Shown piece after piece: positions 1-9,718 of a DNA stretch of 64,000 nucleotides. The position numbers and the translations under genes are program-made. The notes under the pieces were generated by a model. It saw only the letters and a program-made list of their open reading frames with translations, was not told where the DNA came from and made no database searches. Location: NCBI GenBank assembly GCA_963676795.2, contig CAXXTB010000002.1:544001-608000 (forward strand), read 5' to 3'. The DNA is from Geopsychrobacteraceae bacterium. Lineage in GTDB: Bacteria; Desulfobacterota; Desulfuromonadia; Desulfuromonadales; Geopsychrobacteraceae. Each line of letters opens with the position of its first letter. The stretch's first letter is position 1.

Positions 1-52
1 TGACCAGACCAACCAGGGCCAGAATCAGGTGGACGGAATAGCGACGTAACAT
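1..52 (-). CDS. livM: 5' end of branched-chain amino acid ABC permease (runs off window)
   Basis: ATG at 52..50 after GGAGG; MLRRYSVHLILALVGLV is hydrophobic; directly downstream of livH. Confidence 0.6.
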   Translation of the reverse strand, partial: MLRRYSVHLILALVGLV

Positions 53-63
53 GTGATGCCCTC

Positions 64-984
64 CTAGATTTTGGTCGTTTTGGCGATACCGAACAGGCCG
101 GTCGGTTTCCAGGTCAGGATAGCCAGCAGGACGGCAAAGGCGATCAGGTCGCGGAAGGTCGAGGGGAAGAAGGCGACGACCATGATCTCGACGGCACCGA
201 GCAGGAAACCGCCGATAAAGGCGCCACGGATGTCGCCGATACCGCCTACAACCGCTGCGATAAAGGCTTTCCAGCCGATCAGTGCGCCCATGTAAGGTTC
301 AAGAACCGGATAGCTCATAGCGAACAGCAGCCCGGCCAGTCCGGCGAAGCCGGAACCGAGGATAAAGGTGACGACAATGATATGGTCAAGCGGAATTCCC
401 ATCAGCGGGATCGCAAATTTGTCGTAGGAAATGGCCCGCATCGCCATGCCGACCCGGGTCTTGGTGACCACCCACTGGAGGAACAGGAAAACGACGATGG
501 CGGTCAGGATAACAGCGACCTTCAGGTTGGTGAAGGTGACGCCGCCCAAACTGTATACCGTTTCATTAACCAGTGACGGAAAGGCCTTGCGGCTGGCACC
601 CAGAATCGCCAGGTTGCCGTTTTCCAGGATCAGCCCGCACATCAGGGCGGTGATAACGACGTAAAGGCGGTGGGCTCCCTTGCGGCGCAGCGGTCGGTAG
701 GCGATCCGTTCCAGGGTGACGCCGACCAGCGAGGTCAGGATCATCGTCAGCGGAATGCAGAGCGCCAGCGCGACCCAGCCGGGCAGGCCGAGTGTCGTCA
801 GAAAAAAGGTGGCGACAAAGAAGGCAATATAGGCTCCGACCATAAAGACATCGCCATGGGCGAAGTTGATCAGGGTCAGTACCCCGTAAACCAGGGTATA
901 GCCGAGAGCGATCAGGGCATAGAAACTGCCCCATTGGAGTGCATTGATGATGTTCTGAATGATGCTGGCCGCTGAAACTTCCAT
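64..984 (-). CDS. livH: Branched-chain amino acid ABC transporter permease
   Basis: YALIALGYTLVYGVLTLINFAHG and KAFIAAVVGGIG motifs. Confidence 0.93.
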   Translation of the reverse strand: MEVSAASIIQNIINALQWGSFYALIALGYTLVYGVLTLINFAHGDVFMVGAYIAFFVATFFLTTLGLPGWVALALCIPLTMILTSLVGVTLERIAYRPLRRKGAHRLYVVITALMCGLILENGNLAILGASRKAFPSLVNETVYSLGGVTFTNLKVAVILTAIVVFLFLQWVVTKTRVGMAMRAISYDKFAIPLMGIPLDHIIVVTFILGSGFAGLAGLLFAMSYPVLEPYMGALIGWKAFIAAVVGGIGDIRGAFIGGFLLGAVEIMVVAFFPSTFRDLIAFAVLLAILTWKPTGLFGIAKTTKI

Positions 985-1100
985 AGTTTAACTTTCAATG
1001 GCTTTGAGGGCTGGCAGACAGCCCTGGTGTTGATGAAGGATGATCTTTCGAATGCTTTACATTTGGTGGTCTGGATCGATGTCATGCCAGACAATGAAGA

Positions 1101-1125
1101 GGCAGTGGGCTTTGAGCCCACTGCC
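1101..1125. terminator. Intercistronic hairpin between livK and livH
   Basis: GGCAGTGGGCT-TTG-AGCCCACTGCC, 11-bp stem, no clear U-tract (more likely an mRNA stabiliser). Confidence 0.5.
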
Positions 1126-1141
1126 GGTCTGATGTCACGGA

Positions 1142-2311
1142 TTATTGAGGGCAGACGGATTCGGTAAATTCGAATTCGCCGCTGTTGCTGATCTTGACGA
1201 CAACGGCGCACTTGACCGGGTCGCCCTGGTCATCGAACTTCATGCTGCCGGTGATGCCGTCGAAGCTGGCGATGGCGGCCATCCCTTCGCGGACGGCTTT
1301 GCGGTCGCGCTTGAGCTTGCCCGACAAACCATCGGTGTTCTGGATGGCCTGAAGGATAACGCGGGTTGCGTCCCAGGTCAGCGCTGCGACATCGTCAGGG
1401 GTATAGCCGTACTTTGCAGTATAACGCTCGATGAATTCCTTGGTTGCGCCGGTCGCACCGGCTGCAGCGTAGTGGGTTGAGAAGTGCAGCCCTTTGCAGT
1501 CGTCGCCGCAGAGGGTCATCAGCTCGGAAGAACCCCAGGCGTCAGAACCCATGAATTCCCCTTTGTAGCCCAGTTTACGGGCCTGGGGAACGATCAGAGC
1601 AACCTGGTTGTAGTTGTCCGGGACGAAGATGAAATCCGGTTTGGCGGCAATGATCTTGGTCAGCTGGGCACTGAAGTCCTGATCCTTGGTGCCGTGGCTT
1701 TCAAAGGCGACGACGCTGCCTGCGCCCATCTTGTTCTCAAAGACCGATTTGAAGATTTCAGCCAGGCCTTTGGAGTAGTCGTTGGACAGATCGTAGAGAA
1801 CGGCTGCATTCTTGGCGCCGAAGGTCTTGATCGCAAAGTTCATGGCTACAGGACCCTGGAAGGGGTCGAGGAAGGCAGCGCGGAAAACCCAGGGGCGATC
1901 GTAGGTGGCATCCGGGTTGGTCGACCAGGGAGAGATCATGACCACGCCACTGTCGTTAGCGACCTGGCCGGCAGGAACGGCCTGTTTCGAAGAGTTCGGA
2001 CCGACCATGGCGAGGATTCCATCTTTTTCGATCAGTTTCAGAGCGGTGGTAACGGCCGACTCGGCTTTGGCTTCGTTATCTTCGTAGATGAAGTCGAGCA
2101 TGTATTTTTTGCCGCCGACTTCGAGGCCGCCGGCGCCGTTGATATCGGCTTTTAGCATTTCAGCGGCGTATTTTGAGGATTCGCCGACTTTCGGGATGTC
2201 CCCGGTCAACGGAATGTTGAAACCGATCTTGATGGTGTCGGCAGCCATGGCTGGTAAGGCCAGCATCACGGCAGCCAGGGTAAGCAATACTGCGCACAGG
2301 GTCTTGTTCAT
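1142..2311 (-). CDS. livK: Branched-chain amino acid ABC substrate-binding protein
   Basis: Signal peptide (AMA-A), IKIGFNIPLTG, GITG motif; start MNKTL after GGAGG. Confidence 0.9.
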   Translation of the reverse strand: MNKTLCAVLLTLAAVMLALPAMAADTIKIGFNIPLTGDIPKVGESSKYAAEMLKADINGAGGLEVGGKKYMLDFIYEDNEAKAESAVTTALKLIEKDGILAMVGPNSSKQAVPAGQVANDSGVVMISPWSTNPDATYDRPWVFRAAFLDPFQGPVAMNFAIKTFGAKNAAVLYDLSNDYSKGLAEIFKSVFENKMGAGSVVAFESHGTKDQDFSAQLTKIIAAKPDFIFVPDNYNQVALIVPQARKLGYKGEFMGSDAWGSSELMTLCGDDCKGLHFSTHYAAAGATGATKEFIERYTAKYGYTPDDVAALTWDATRVILQAIQNTDGLSGKLKRDRKAVREGMAAIASFDGITGSMKFDDQGDPVKCAVVVKISNSGEFEFTESVCPQ

Positions 2312-2608
2312 GTTGCCTCCTCTTGTTCGGGTAAGTTGAGTTGAAATGCAGTGAACAAACACTTTCTTGGCAGAAAAAACAAAACCGCCCGCCTGGTTTT
2401 CAACCGGGCTGTGGCGGCGTCATTGCTCAGCCATCTGCGATCTGTTTTCTCCTTTGTTTACTCATGTTTCATGAGCATGGACGACAGTGGTTATCTTTTT
2501 TCATTTGCTCAAAAATTGCAATAACTTTATTGATATTGCTAGGAAAAATAGAAACCTTTAAGGTTCCGCTGATGGGTATGTCTGTCCATTGATTCTTTAG
2601 CGTTTTAA

Positions 2609-2648
2609 TTGACATTTGATTGCAAACTGATTATTGTGCAAATGCACA
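2609..2648 (+). promoter_or_regulatory. Sigma70 promoter with overlapping palindromic operator
   Basis: TTGACA 2609-14, 17-bp spacer, TATTGT 2632-37; palindrome TGTGCA-AA-TGCACA 2635-48. Confidence 0.65.
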
Positions 2649-2689
2649 TATGCTGTGCGTGAAAACAGATGCTGACCGACAGGAAAAAG

Positions 2690-3001
2690 ATGTCCCCAAG
2701 ACCGAGAAAACCAAGAATCTGCTGCCCGACCCGGCGTCCGACAGATAATCTCTATAAACCCGCCGGAACCCCGACGACCAGACTGGAAAAGGTGGCTATC
2801 GAAGCCGATGAGCTGGAGGCGCTTTCACTCTGTGATCGTGACGGCATGACCCAGGCTGAGGCCGGTGACCTGATGGGGATCTCACGCGGAACCGTGCAGC
2901 GCCTGGTGACCAGTGGCCGGAAAAAGATCATCGAAGCCCTGATTGAGGGGCATGCCCTGGTTCTCAAGCCGCACGAAGGAGGTGCCGATGAGCCGATCTG
3001 A
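2690..3001 (+). CDS. DUF134 family predicted DNA-binding protein
   Basis: PRPRKPR N-terminus; ELEALSLCD..GMTQAEAGDLMGISRGTVQR helix-turn-helix. Confidence 0.85.
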   Translation: MSPRPRKPRICCPTRRPTDNLYKPAGTPTTRLEKVAIEADELEALSLCDRDGMTQAEAGDLMGISRGTVQRLVTSGRKKIIEALIEGHALVLKPHEGGADEPI

Positions 3002-3482
3002 GCTGATTGAAATCATCACCACCGGCGGCACCATCGATAAAATCTATTTCGATGCCAAAAGCAGTTATGAAATCGGCGATCCGCAGATTGGTGAGGTGCT
3101 CAAAGAGGCCAACCTGACCATTCCTTACCAGATCAGATCTGTGTTGCGTAAAGACAGTCTGGAGCTGACCGGAGAAGATCGTGAAACCATCAGGCGTGCC
3201 GTTGAAGAGAGTGACGCTCAGCGAGTCGTTGTTACCCACGGTACGGACACCATGGTCAGGACAGCGCAGGTTCTGTCAGCGGTAAAGGGGAAGACCGTGG
3301 TTCTGACCGGCTCAATGCAACCGGCCCGTTTTCGTCTGAACGATGCTGCTTACAATATCGCTGCGGCCATGACCGCAGTCCAGATTCTGCCCGCCGGTAC
3401 CTGGATCGTCATGAACGGACGCGTCTTCGATCCGCACAAAACCCATAAAAATGTTGAAATGAACCGGTTCGAGGAAATCTGA
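2988..3482 (+). CDS. Short, single-domain L-asparaginase
   Basis: TTGGTIDK, KDSLE, VTHGTDTM and LTGSMQP motifs; ~164 aa. Confidence 0.88.
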   Translation: MSRSELIEIITTGGTIDKIYFDAKSSYEIGDPQIGEVLKEANLTIPYQIRSVLRKDSLELTGEDRETIRRAVEESDAQRVVVTHGTDTMVRTAQVLSAVKGKTVVLTGSMQPARFRLNDAAYNIAAAMTAVQILPAGTWIVMNGRVFDPHKTHKNVEMNRFEEI

Positions 3483-3530
3483 GACTGTTTACAGCCCAGA
3501 GATTGACTCTCTCCTACAGCTGAAAATCAT

Positions 3531-3574
3531 CGCATCACGCATCACGCATCACGCATCACGCATCACGCATCACG
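3531..3574. repeat. Heptanucleotide tandem repeat (CGCATCA)x6
   Basis: Six perfect copies plus CG, between convergent genes. Confidence 0.97.
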
Positions 3575-3577
3575 TGC

Positions 3578-4558
3578 TTAATTCAGATTTTCTGGACTGC
3601 GCTGGCAGATCAGGATGCTGCTGCCCGGCTGTTTTTTGGCGGCTTTTTTTGTCTCTGTGCAGATATCGATAACTTCCATGACACTTGAGAATTGACGCCT
3701 GGTCAGATCGACCCCGCCCATGCTCAGGCTGACCAACGGATGGCGCCGCTCTTCCCCTTCGCGGTTGTAGGCGACAACGTAACCTTTCTCTATATCTTCC
3801 GTGTTATAAAACTCCCTGATTCCAACGTCGATACGGCGGATAATCTCTGCTGCAATGGTCGCGCATTTCTCCGCCGGAGCGATGAAGACAAAATCGTCGC
3901 CACCGATATGGCCGAGGAATGAGTCGCCACAGCCGTTCTGTTGCAGAGCGACACGAATGACATTGGCCGTGAAGCTGATCAGGTCATCTCCCTGGCCGAA
4001 GCCGTAGGTGTCGTTGTAGACCTTGAAGTGATCGAGATCGGCGTAGATGACGCAGACCTGCTGCGCCTCGGCAAGGGCTCTTTCCAGTTCGTTGCGGATG
4101 CTGTTATTGCCCGGCAGCCCGGTATTGGGGTTGGCGTCGAGGGCCAGTTGATGAAGCCGTCTGAGTTCTTTGACCGCCCTGGCCAGTTTGAGTTGATTCT
4201 TGATTCTGGCCAGCACCGAAGGTGCATTGTAGGGCTTGGCGATATAGTCAGCGGCTCCGACATTGAAGGCCTTCTCTTCCGCAGCGGGAGATGCGTCTGA
4301 AGTCAGAAAGATCACCGGAATCTCGCGGCTGTACTCCTCGTCTTTCAGCCGGGAGCAGATCGCGAACCCGCTTTCGCCAGGGTAACGGGTGTCGAGCAGG
4401 ATCAGGTCGATCGTCTGTTTGTTGACAGCTTTGAATATCTCGTCACTGTTCTGGGCGATGGCCACATGGTAGTGATCCTTGAGGGTGCCGATCAGGGTCG
4501 CCTGATTGAAGATCTCCGGATCGGCGATCAGGATTCTGCTTTTTTCGCTTGAGCTCAT
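3578..4558 (-). CDS. Receiver-domain diguanylate cyclase (REC-GGDEF)
   Basis: LILLD..YIAKP receiver; DLDHFKVYNDTYG and HIGGDDF motifs. Confidence 0.88.
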   Translation of the reverse strand: MSSSEKSRILIADPEIFNQATLIGTLKDHYHVAIAQNSDEIFKAVNKQTIDLILLDTRYPGESGFAICSRLKDEEYSREIPVIFLTSDASPAAEEKAFNVGAADYIAKPYNAPSVLARIKNQLKLARAVKELRRLHQLALDANPNTGLPGNNSIRNELERALAEAQQVCVIYADLDHFKVYNDTYGFGQGDDLISFTANVIRVALQQNGCGDSFLGHIGGDDFVFIAPAEKCATIAAEIIRRIDVGIREFYNTEDIEKGYVVAYNREGEERRHPLVSLSMGGVDLTRRQFSSVMEVIDICTETKKAAKKQPGSSILICQRSPENLN

Positions 4559-4583
4559 ATGCGTCCTTGCACAAGCTTAACGG

Positions 4584-5345
4584 TTAGAGAATCTGGCTGA
4601 GGAACAGCTTGGTTCTCTCATGCTGCGGGTTGTCAAAGAAGACATCCGGGCTGTTCTCTTCGACGATCTGTCCATAGTCCATAAACAGGACCCGGTCGGC
4701 AACACTCTTGGCGAAACCCATCTCGTGGGTGACAACGAGCATGGTCATCCCTTCTTCGGCAAGATCGATCATGACGTCGAGGACTTCCTTGATCATCTCC
4801 GGGTCGAGCGCTGAGGTCGGTTCGTCAAACAGCATGACCTCGGGGCTCATGCACAGACTGCGGGCGATGGCGACGCGCTGTTGCTGACCACCCGACAACT
4901 GGCCGGGATATTTCTTGGCCTGTTCGGCGATGTGGACCTTTTCCAGATACATCATGGCCGCTTCCTCAGCCTGCTTCTTCGGGATCTTACGGACCCAGAT
5001 CGGACCCAGGGTCAGATTTTCCAGAATCGTCAGGTGCGGAAACAGGTTGAAGTGCTGAAAGACCATGCCGACTTCGGCCCGGACTTTTTCGATATTCTTG
5101 ATGTCGTTGGTCAGTTCGACGCCGTTGACGATAATCTGTCCGCGCTGGTGCTCTTCCAGGCGGTTGATGCAGCGGATCAGGGTTGATTTTCCCGAACCGG
5201 ACGGTCCGCAGATAACGATCCGCTCCCCTTCCTGCACTTCGAGGTTGATATCGCTCAAAACATGAAACTCACCGTACCACTTGTGCATGTCCCTGATGGT
5301 GATGATCGGCCCGGACTTCGGTGTTTCATCTTTCACTTTATTCAT
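4584..5345 (-). CDS. aapP: General L-amino acid ABC transporter ATP-binding protein
   Basis: [32 protein letters not shown]. Confidence 0.92.
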   Translation of the reverse strand: MNKVKDETPKSGPIITIRDMHKWYGEFHVLSDINLEVQEGERIVICGPSGSGKSTLIRCINRLEEHQRGQIIVNGVELTNDIKNIEKVRAEVGMVFQHFNLFPHLTILENLTLGPIWVRKIPKKQAEEAAMMYLEKVHIAEQAKKYPGQLSGGQQQRVAIARSLCMSPEVMLFDEPTSALDPEMIKEVLDVMIDLAEEGMTMLVVTHEMGFAKSVADRVLFMDYGQIVEENSPDVFFDNPQHERTKLFLSQIL

Positions 5346-5375
5346 CGTGTTTTCCTCGTTAGCCAGCGACCTCAA

Positions 5376-6464
5376 TCAGTGGCCGGTATGCAGCTCTTTT
5401 TCAAGCTTGCGGCTGTAGCTGGACATGCCGTAGCAGAAGATAAAATAGAGAATTGCCAGGAAAATATAGGCCTCTGTCGAGTAGCCGGTCCAGTTCGGGT
5501 TGGACAGCGCAACCTTGGTCGTCTTGAGTATGTCGTATAGGGCGATGATAACAACCAGCGAGGTGTCCTTGAACGCCGAAAGCAGGATGCCGACCGTTGG
5601 CGGTATGACGATTTTCAGGGCCTGGGGCAGAACGATCAGCCTCATCGTCTGGTTGTAGTTCAGCCCAAGAGAGTCGGCCGCTTCATACTGCCCTTTGGGG
5701 ATCGCCTGCAGGCCGCCACGCACGACCTCGGCGATATAGGCGGCGGTAAAGAGGATGATGGCGACCTGGGCACGCAGGACCTTGTCGATGGTGACGCCCT
5801 CCGGCAGAAACAGCGGGAACATGACCGAGGACATGAACAGCAGGCTGATCAGGGGAACCCCGCGGATCATTTCGATATAGATGACGCACAGGGTTTTGAT
5901 CGCCGGCATGCGCGAACGGCGTCCCAGGGCGAGCAGAACCCCGAAGGGGTAGGCGACGATCATGCCGAAAAACGACAGGATCAGGGTCAGCGGCAGGCCG
6001 CTCCACTGCGAGGTCTCAACGACCGGCAGGCCAAAGCCGCCATGCATCAACACCGCCATGACGATGATATTGACGAGCCAGACCCAGAGCAGCGATTTCT
6101 TCCAGCGCTTGCGCTCCTTTGAGTAGATGACCATGCCGATCAGCAGTACCATCATCAGCAGGGGCCGCCATTCCTGGCCTTCCGGATAGAAGCCGAGGAA
6201 GATGAACTTGATGTTGTTGGGGATAACCGACCAGCAGGCGCCGTCGATATCGCGACAAGCCTCAGCAGTGCTGTTCCACAGGCTGTCGATGAAGGCCCAT
6301 TTGATCAGCGGCGGGATCAGCCAGAGCAGGATGCCGATGGTGACGATCGTCAACAGTGAGTTGAGCCAGGAGCTGAACAGGTTCTGTTTCAGCCAGCCCA
6401 GCACACCGACATTGGTCACCGGTGGTTTGAGGTATTCACGTTTTGGATTCGCCGGTACTGACAT
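5376..6464 (-). CDS. aapM: General L-amino acid ABC permease
   Basis: GACW motif; AYIAEVVRGGLQAIPKGQYEAA. Confidence 0.9.
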   Translation of the reverse strand: MSVPANPKREYLKPPVTNVGVLGWLKQNLFSSWLNSLLTIVTIGILLWLIPPLIKWAFIDSLWNSTAEACRDIDGACWSVIPNNIKFIFLGFYPEGQEWRPLLMMVLLIGMVIYSKERKRWKKSLLWVWLVNIIVMAVLMHGGFGLPVVETSQWSGLPLTLILSFFGMIVAYPFGVLLALGRRSRMPAIKTLCVIYIEMIRGVPLISLLFMSSVMFPLFLPEGVTIDKVLRAQVAIILFTAAYIAEVVRGGLQAIPKGQYEAADSLGLNYNQTMRLIVLPQALKIVIPPTVGILLSAFKDTSLVVIIALYDILKTTKVALSNPNWTGYSTEAYIFLAILYFIFCYGMSSYSRKLEKELHTGH

Positions 6465-6465
6465 A

Positions 6466-7695
6466 TTATCTCTCCACCAGCGCAGTGCGATTATTGTACC
6501 AGTTCATGAACAGGGAGGTACTCAGGCTGAAGAACAGGTAAACGACCATGATGATGGCGACCCCTTCGATCGCCTGACCGGTCTGGTTGATGGTTGTATT
6601 GGTGACGGCGACAAAATCGGCGTAGCCGATCGCTACCGCCAGGGTACTGTTTTTGGTCAGGTTGAGCATCTGGCTGGTCAGTGGCGGAATAATGACCCGC
6701 AGGGCCTGAGGAAGTACAACCAGTTGCAGAATGCGGCCCGGACGCAGACCGATCGACATGGCCGCTTCGATCTGACCTTTGCCGATCGCCTGAATTCCGG
6801 CGCGGACGATCTCGGCGACAAAGGCCGAGGTGTAGAGCACCAGCCCCAGCAGCAGGGCGCTGAATTCGGGGCTGACCGTGAGCCCGCCGCGGAAGTTGAA
6901 GCCTTTCAGTTCAGGAACATTCATGCCGGTCGGCGCGCCATAGGCGATCCAGATCAGCAGCGGGATGACAATTGCCAGTGCCACGGTGATGCGCAGGGCG
7001 GGCAAGGCTTTGCCGGTTCTGGCCTGTCTGCGGTAGCCCCAGCGGTTGAAAAAATAGCCGAAAACCAGCACAACGAGGAATGCCAACCCCATGGCCGGAT
7101 AGGCCGGATGGGCCTCGGGGATTGCGAAGATCAGTCCCCTGTTGCAGAGAAAAACTCCGGAGATCGGGTTGAGTGCCTGGCGTGGCTTGGGAAAAGCTTC
7201 ATAGAAAATGGCGTACCAGAAGAACAGCTGGAGCAAAACCGGGATGTTCTGCATGACCTCGATAAAAAGTGCCGAAATTTTGGCAATCAGCCAGTTTTTG
7301 GAAAGCTTGGCAATGCCGATCAGGGTGCCGAAAATGATCGTCAGAATGATGCCGAAAAAGGCGACCTTGATGGTGTTCAGGGCACCGACGACCAGGGCTC
7401 TGGCGTAGCTGTCAGCAGCCGAGTAATCGATCAGCGATTCGGCGATTTCGAAAGAGGCCTCTTTGCCGAGAAAGTCGAAGCCGGTAGCTATCGATTGTCT
7501 GGCCAGGTTGGCCTGGGTATTGGCAAACAGGTAGTAGCCGATGGCAAAGACGATAACCAGGGCCACAAACTGGAAGACCAGGGCCCGCTTGTCCGGGTCG
7601 CGCCAGAAAGGGACAGTCGGTGCTGACTGGTCATGACGTTTGTCTGGAGCCGCTGTCTTCAAAATGAATTCCCCGTCGATAGCAGATAGATTCAC
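6466..7695 (-). CDS. aapQ: General L-amino acid ABC permease (true start may be slightly downstream)
   Basis: GFNFRGG; AFVAEIVRAGIQAIGKGQIEAA. Confidence 0.88.
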   Translation of the reverse strand: MNLSAIDGEFILKTAAPDKRHDQSAPTVPFWRDPDKRALVFQFVALVIVFAIGYYLFANTQANLARQSIATGFDFLGKEASFEIAESLIDYSAADSYARALVVGALNTIKVAFFGIILTIIFGTLIGIAKLSKNWLIAKISALFIEVMQNIPVLLQLFFWYAIFYEAFPKPRQALNPISGVFLCNRGLIFAIPEAHPAYPAMGLAFLVVLVFGYFFNRWGYRRQARTGKALPALRITVALAIVIPLLIWIAYGAPTGMNVPELKGFNFRGGLTVSPEFSALLLGLVLYTSAFVAEIVRAGIQAIGKGQIEAAMSIGLRPGRILQLVVLPQALRVIIPPLTSQMLNLTKNSTLAVAIGYADFVAVTNTTINQTGQAIEGVAIIMVVYLFFSLSTSLFMNWYNNRTALVER

Positions 7696-7737
7696 CGGCA
7701 GCGAAGCTGGCTCCGCTGCCGGTGGTTATAACAAAAA

Positions 7738-8757
7738 TTATTTGAATGGTGGAGAATACATCAGACCGCCGTTGGTCCACAGGGCGTTGAGACCCCGCTC
7801 GATACCAAGCTTGGTATTGACACCAACGTTACGCTCAAAGACTTCGCCGTAGTTGCCAACCTGCTTGATGATGTTGTAGGCCCATTTCTCGTCGAGGCCA
7901 AGGGCCGCGCCGTTACCGGCAGAGACACCGAGGAAACGCTGAATGGCCGGGTTGGTGCTCTTGAGCATTTCGTCGACATTGGCCGAGGTGATGCCCAGCT
8001 CTTCGGCTTCGATCATGGCCAGAACCGAGAAGTCGACGATGTCGCGGAACTGGTCGTCACCATGGCGGACGGCAGGGGCCAGAGGCTCCTTGGAGATGAT
8101 TTCCGGCAGGATGATGTAGTCTTTCGGGTTCGGAGCGACCGCGCGACTGCCGGCGAGCTGAGAGGCGTCGGAGGTCAGCACGTCGCAGCGCCCGGCGAAG
8201 AAGGTTTTGGCAAGCTCGCTGGTCGATTCGATGACGACCGGATTCCAGGCCATCTTGTGGTTGCGGAAATAGTCAGCCGCATTCTGTTCGGTTGTGGTTC
8301 CCGGCAGAACACAGACCGTGGCGCCATCGAGCTCGGTGGCGCTCTTGACCCCGAGATCCTTGGAGATCAGGAAGCCCTGGCCGTCATAGTAGTTGACAGT
8401 GACAAAGTTCAGACCGAGCTGGGTTTCGCGGCTCAGGGTCCGGGTTGCGTTACGGGTAAGCAGATCGATTTCGCCGGACTGCAGAGCGGTAAAACGCTGC
8501 TGGGCCGTCAGCGGGGTGAATTTGACCTTGTCGGCGTCACCGAAGATGGCCGCGGCAACGGCGCGGGCGGTGTCGACATCGAGGCCCTTCCAGACCCCTT
8601 TTTCATCCGGCATGCCGAAGCCGAAGACGCCGCCGTTGACGCCGGCCTGAATGAAGCCTTTTTTCTTGACGGTATCGAGGTCCTTGCCGGCGTAGGCCAG
8701 ACTGACAAGGGCCAGGCTGATGATGGCACAGAGCAAGACAGATTTTCTCATTCTCAT
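7738..8757 (-). CDS. aapJ: General L-amino acid ABC substrate-binding protein
   Basis: RFTALQSGEIDLL, ISKEPLAP, VGNYGEVFERN, GLNALW. Confidence 0.92.
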   Translation of the reverse strand: MRMRKSVLLCAIISLALVSLAYAGKDLDTVKKKGFIQAGVNGGVFGFGMPDEKGVWKGLDVDTARAVAAAIFGDADKVKFTPLTAQQRFTALQSGEIDLLTRNATRTLSRETQLGLNFVTVNYYDGQGFLISKDLGVKSATELDGATVCVLPGTTTEQNAADYFRNHKMAWNPVVIESTSELAKTFFAGRCDVLTSDASQLAGSRAVAPNPKDYIILPEIISKEPLAPAVRHGDDQFRDIVDFSVLAMIEAEELGITSANVDEMLKSTNPAIQRFLGVSAGNGAALGLDEKWAYNIIKQVGNYGEVFERNVGVNTKLGIERGLNALWTNGGLMYSPPFK

Positions 8758-8860
8758 GACGATCTCCTAAGTTATGCGTTTACGTGCAAAAAAGATCTGA
8801 ACACAAACGGAAAGTGCCGAACGTCCGTCGGCGAGCGGTCATCGGTCAATCTATGCAGCC

Positions 8861-8909
8861 ATTAAATATATGTATTTAATCATATACGGTAGAACTGTAC
8901 CCGTGTCAA
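8861..8909 (-). promoter_or_regulatory. Candidate aapJ promoter and palindromic operator
   Basis: ATTAAATA-TATG-TATTTAAT at 8861-80; minus-strand TTGACA at 8909-04; -10 imperfect. Confidence 0.45.
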
Positions 8910-9078
8910 ATGAGTGTGATTGTTTTTTTATCTGTAATAACGACAGTTTTCTTTAATGTTGGGGCTGGAACGGCCTGCTGCTCTCGACCTTGAAAGCAGC
9001 AGGCGAAGGGGCTGGTGATCAGCGCTCAACTGGGTGCCGTCCGGAAACTCCGGACGGGCACAGTGTCAGTTTCTGATA

Positions 9079-9483
9079 CTAGCTGGCCATGTGATGCGCA
9101 ACATACTTGCCGTTTTTATGGCAGCGGGAGCCGTCTGAGCGCTGCAGGATGGCACATTCGTCATGGGCGTCGACCCGCAGGCCGACAACCTTGTAGGAGA
9201 AATGCCCCTGCTCGAATGATTGCCCCAGCCACTCGGCGCGCATGCCGAAGCTTTCGGCATAAGAGAGGAAATCTTCTTCCTCTTTTTCGCTGGCGACGGT
9301 TTCTTTTCGTTCCGGGACATTCAGTTGGCAATAGCAGCTGAACGTGGTTGCGTCGGGATAGAGACGTCCATTGGGGAAGGAAAGAAGCAGGCCGTATTTC
9401 TCGGCGATAGGTTTGAGTGCTTCAGCGATTTCGGTGTTGATTGTCGTGCAGAGGTCTTCGGTCAGTTTTTTTACTTGGCTCAT
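9079..9483 (-). CDS. Hypothetical protein (134 aa)
   Basis: Strong RBS GGAAGGAGAG before ATG at 9483; hairpin immediately downstream (~9034-62). Confidence 0.7.
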   Translation of the reverse strand: MSQVKKLTEDLCTTINTEIAEALKPIAEKYGLLLSFPNGRLYPDATTFSCYCQLNVPERKETVASEKEEEDFLSYAESFGMRAEWLGQSFEQGHFSYKVVGLRVDAHDECAILQRSDGSRCHKNGKYVAHHMAS

Positions 9484-9645
9484 GTGACACTCTCCTTCCT
9501 TCAGTGAAAAAGTTATGACACTGCGAGGTTCCTGGAGGACGTCGTTGGCCGCCATTGATGTCCCATAGAAGTGTGATGGTTTCTTCCAGCGGCTTCCATA
9601 GCCTTTGGCGGGACTGAATCTCAATGAATAATATGCTGCTATTTT

Positions 9646-9680
9646 AGCACTTTCCCCTTTTGGTTCAAGGGGAAAGTGCT
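9646..9680 (-). terminator. Hairpin/terminator after the USP gene
   Basis: AGCACTTTCCCCTT-N7-AAGGGGAAAGTGCT, 14-bp stem. Confidence 0.6.
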
Positions 9681-9718
9681 GATTCTTTTTCAGCCTGAAT
9701 CGGGAGGGAATGCGTTGC

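Noticed and set aside
3531..3574. Tandem repeat as a CRISPR array
   Set aside because: 7-nt units with no spacers; no cas genes anywhere in the window
6202..7626. Long antisense ORFs (e.g. 6202-7626, 12573-13583, 19532-20704, 51164-52450, 58350-59195, 60880-61728)
   Set aside because: They shadow well-supported genes on the other strand, as expected in GC-rich DNA, and show no recognisable motifs
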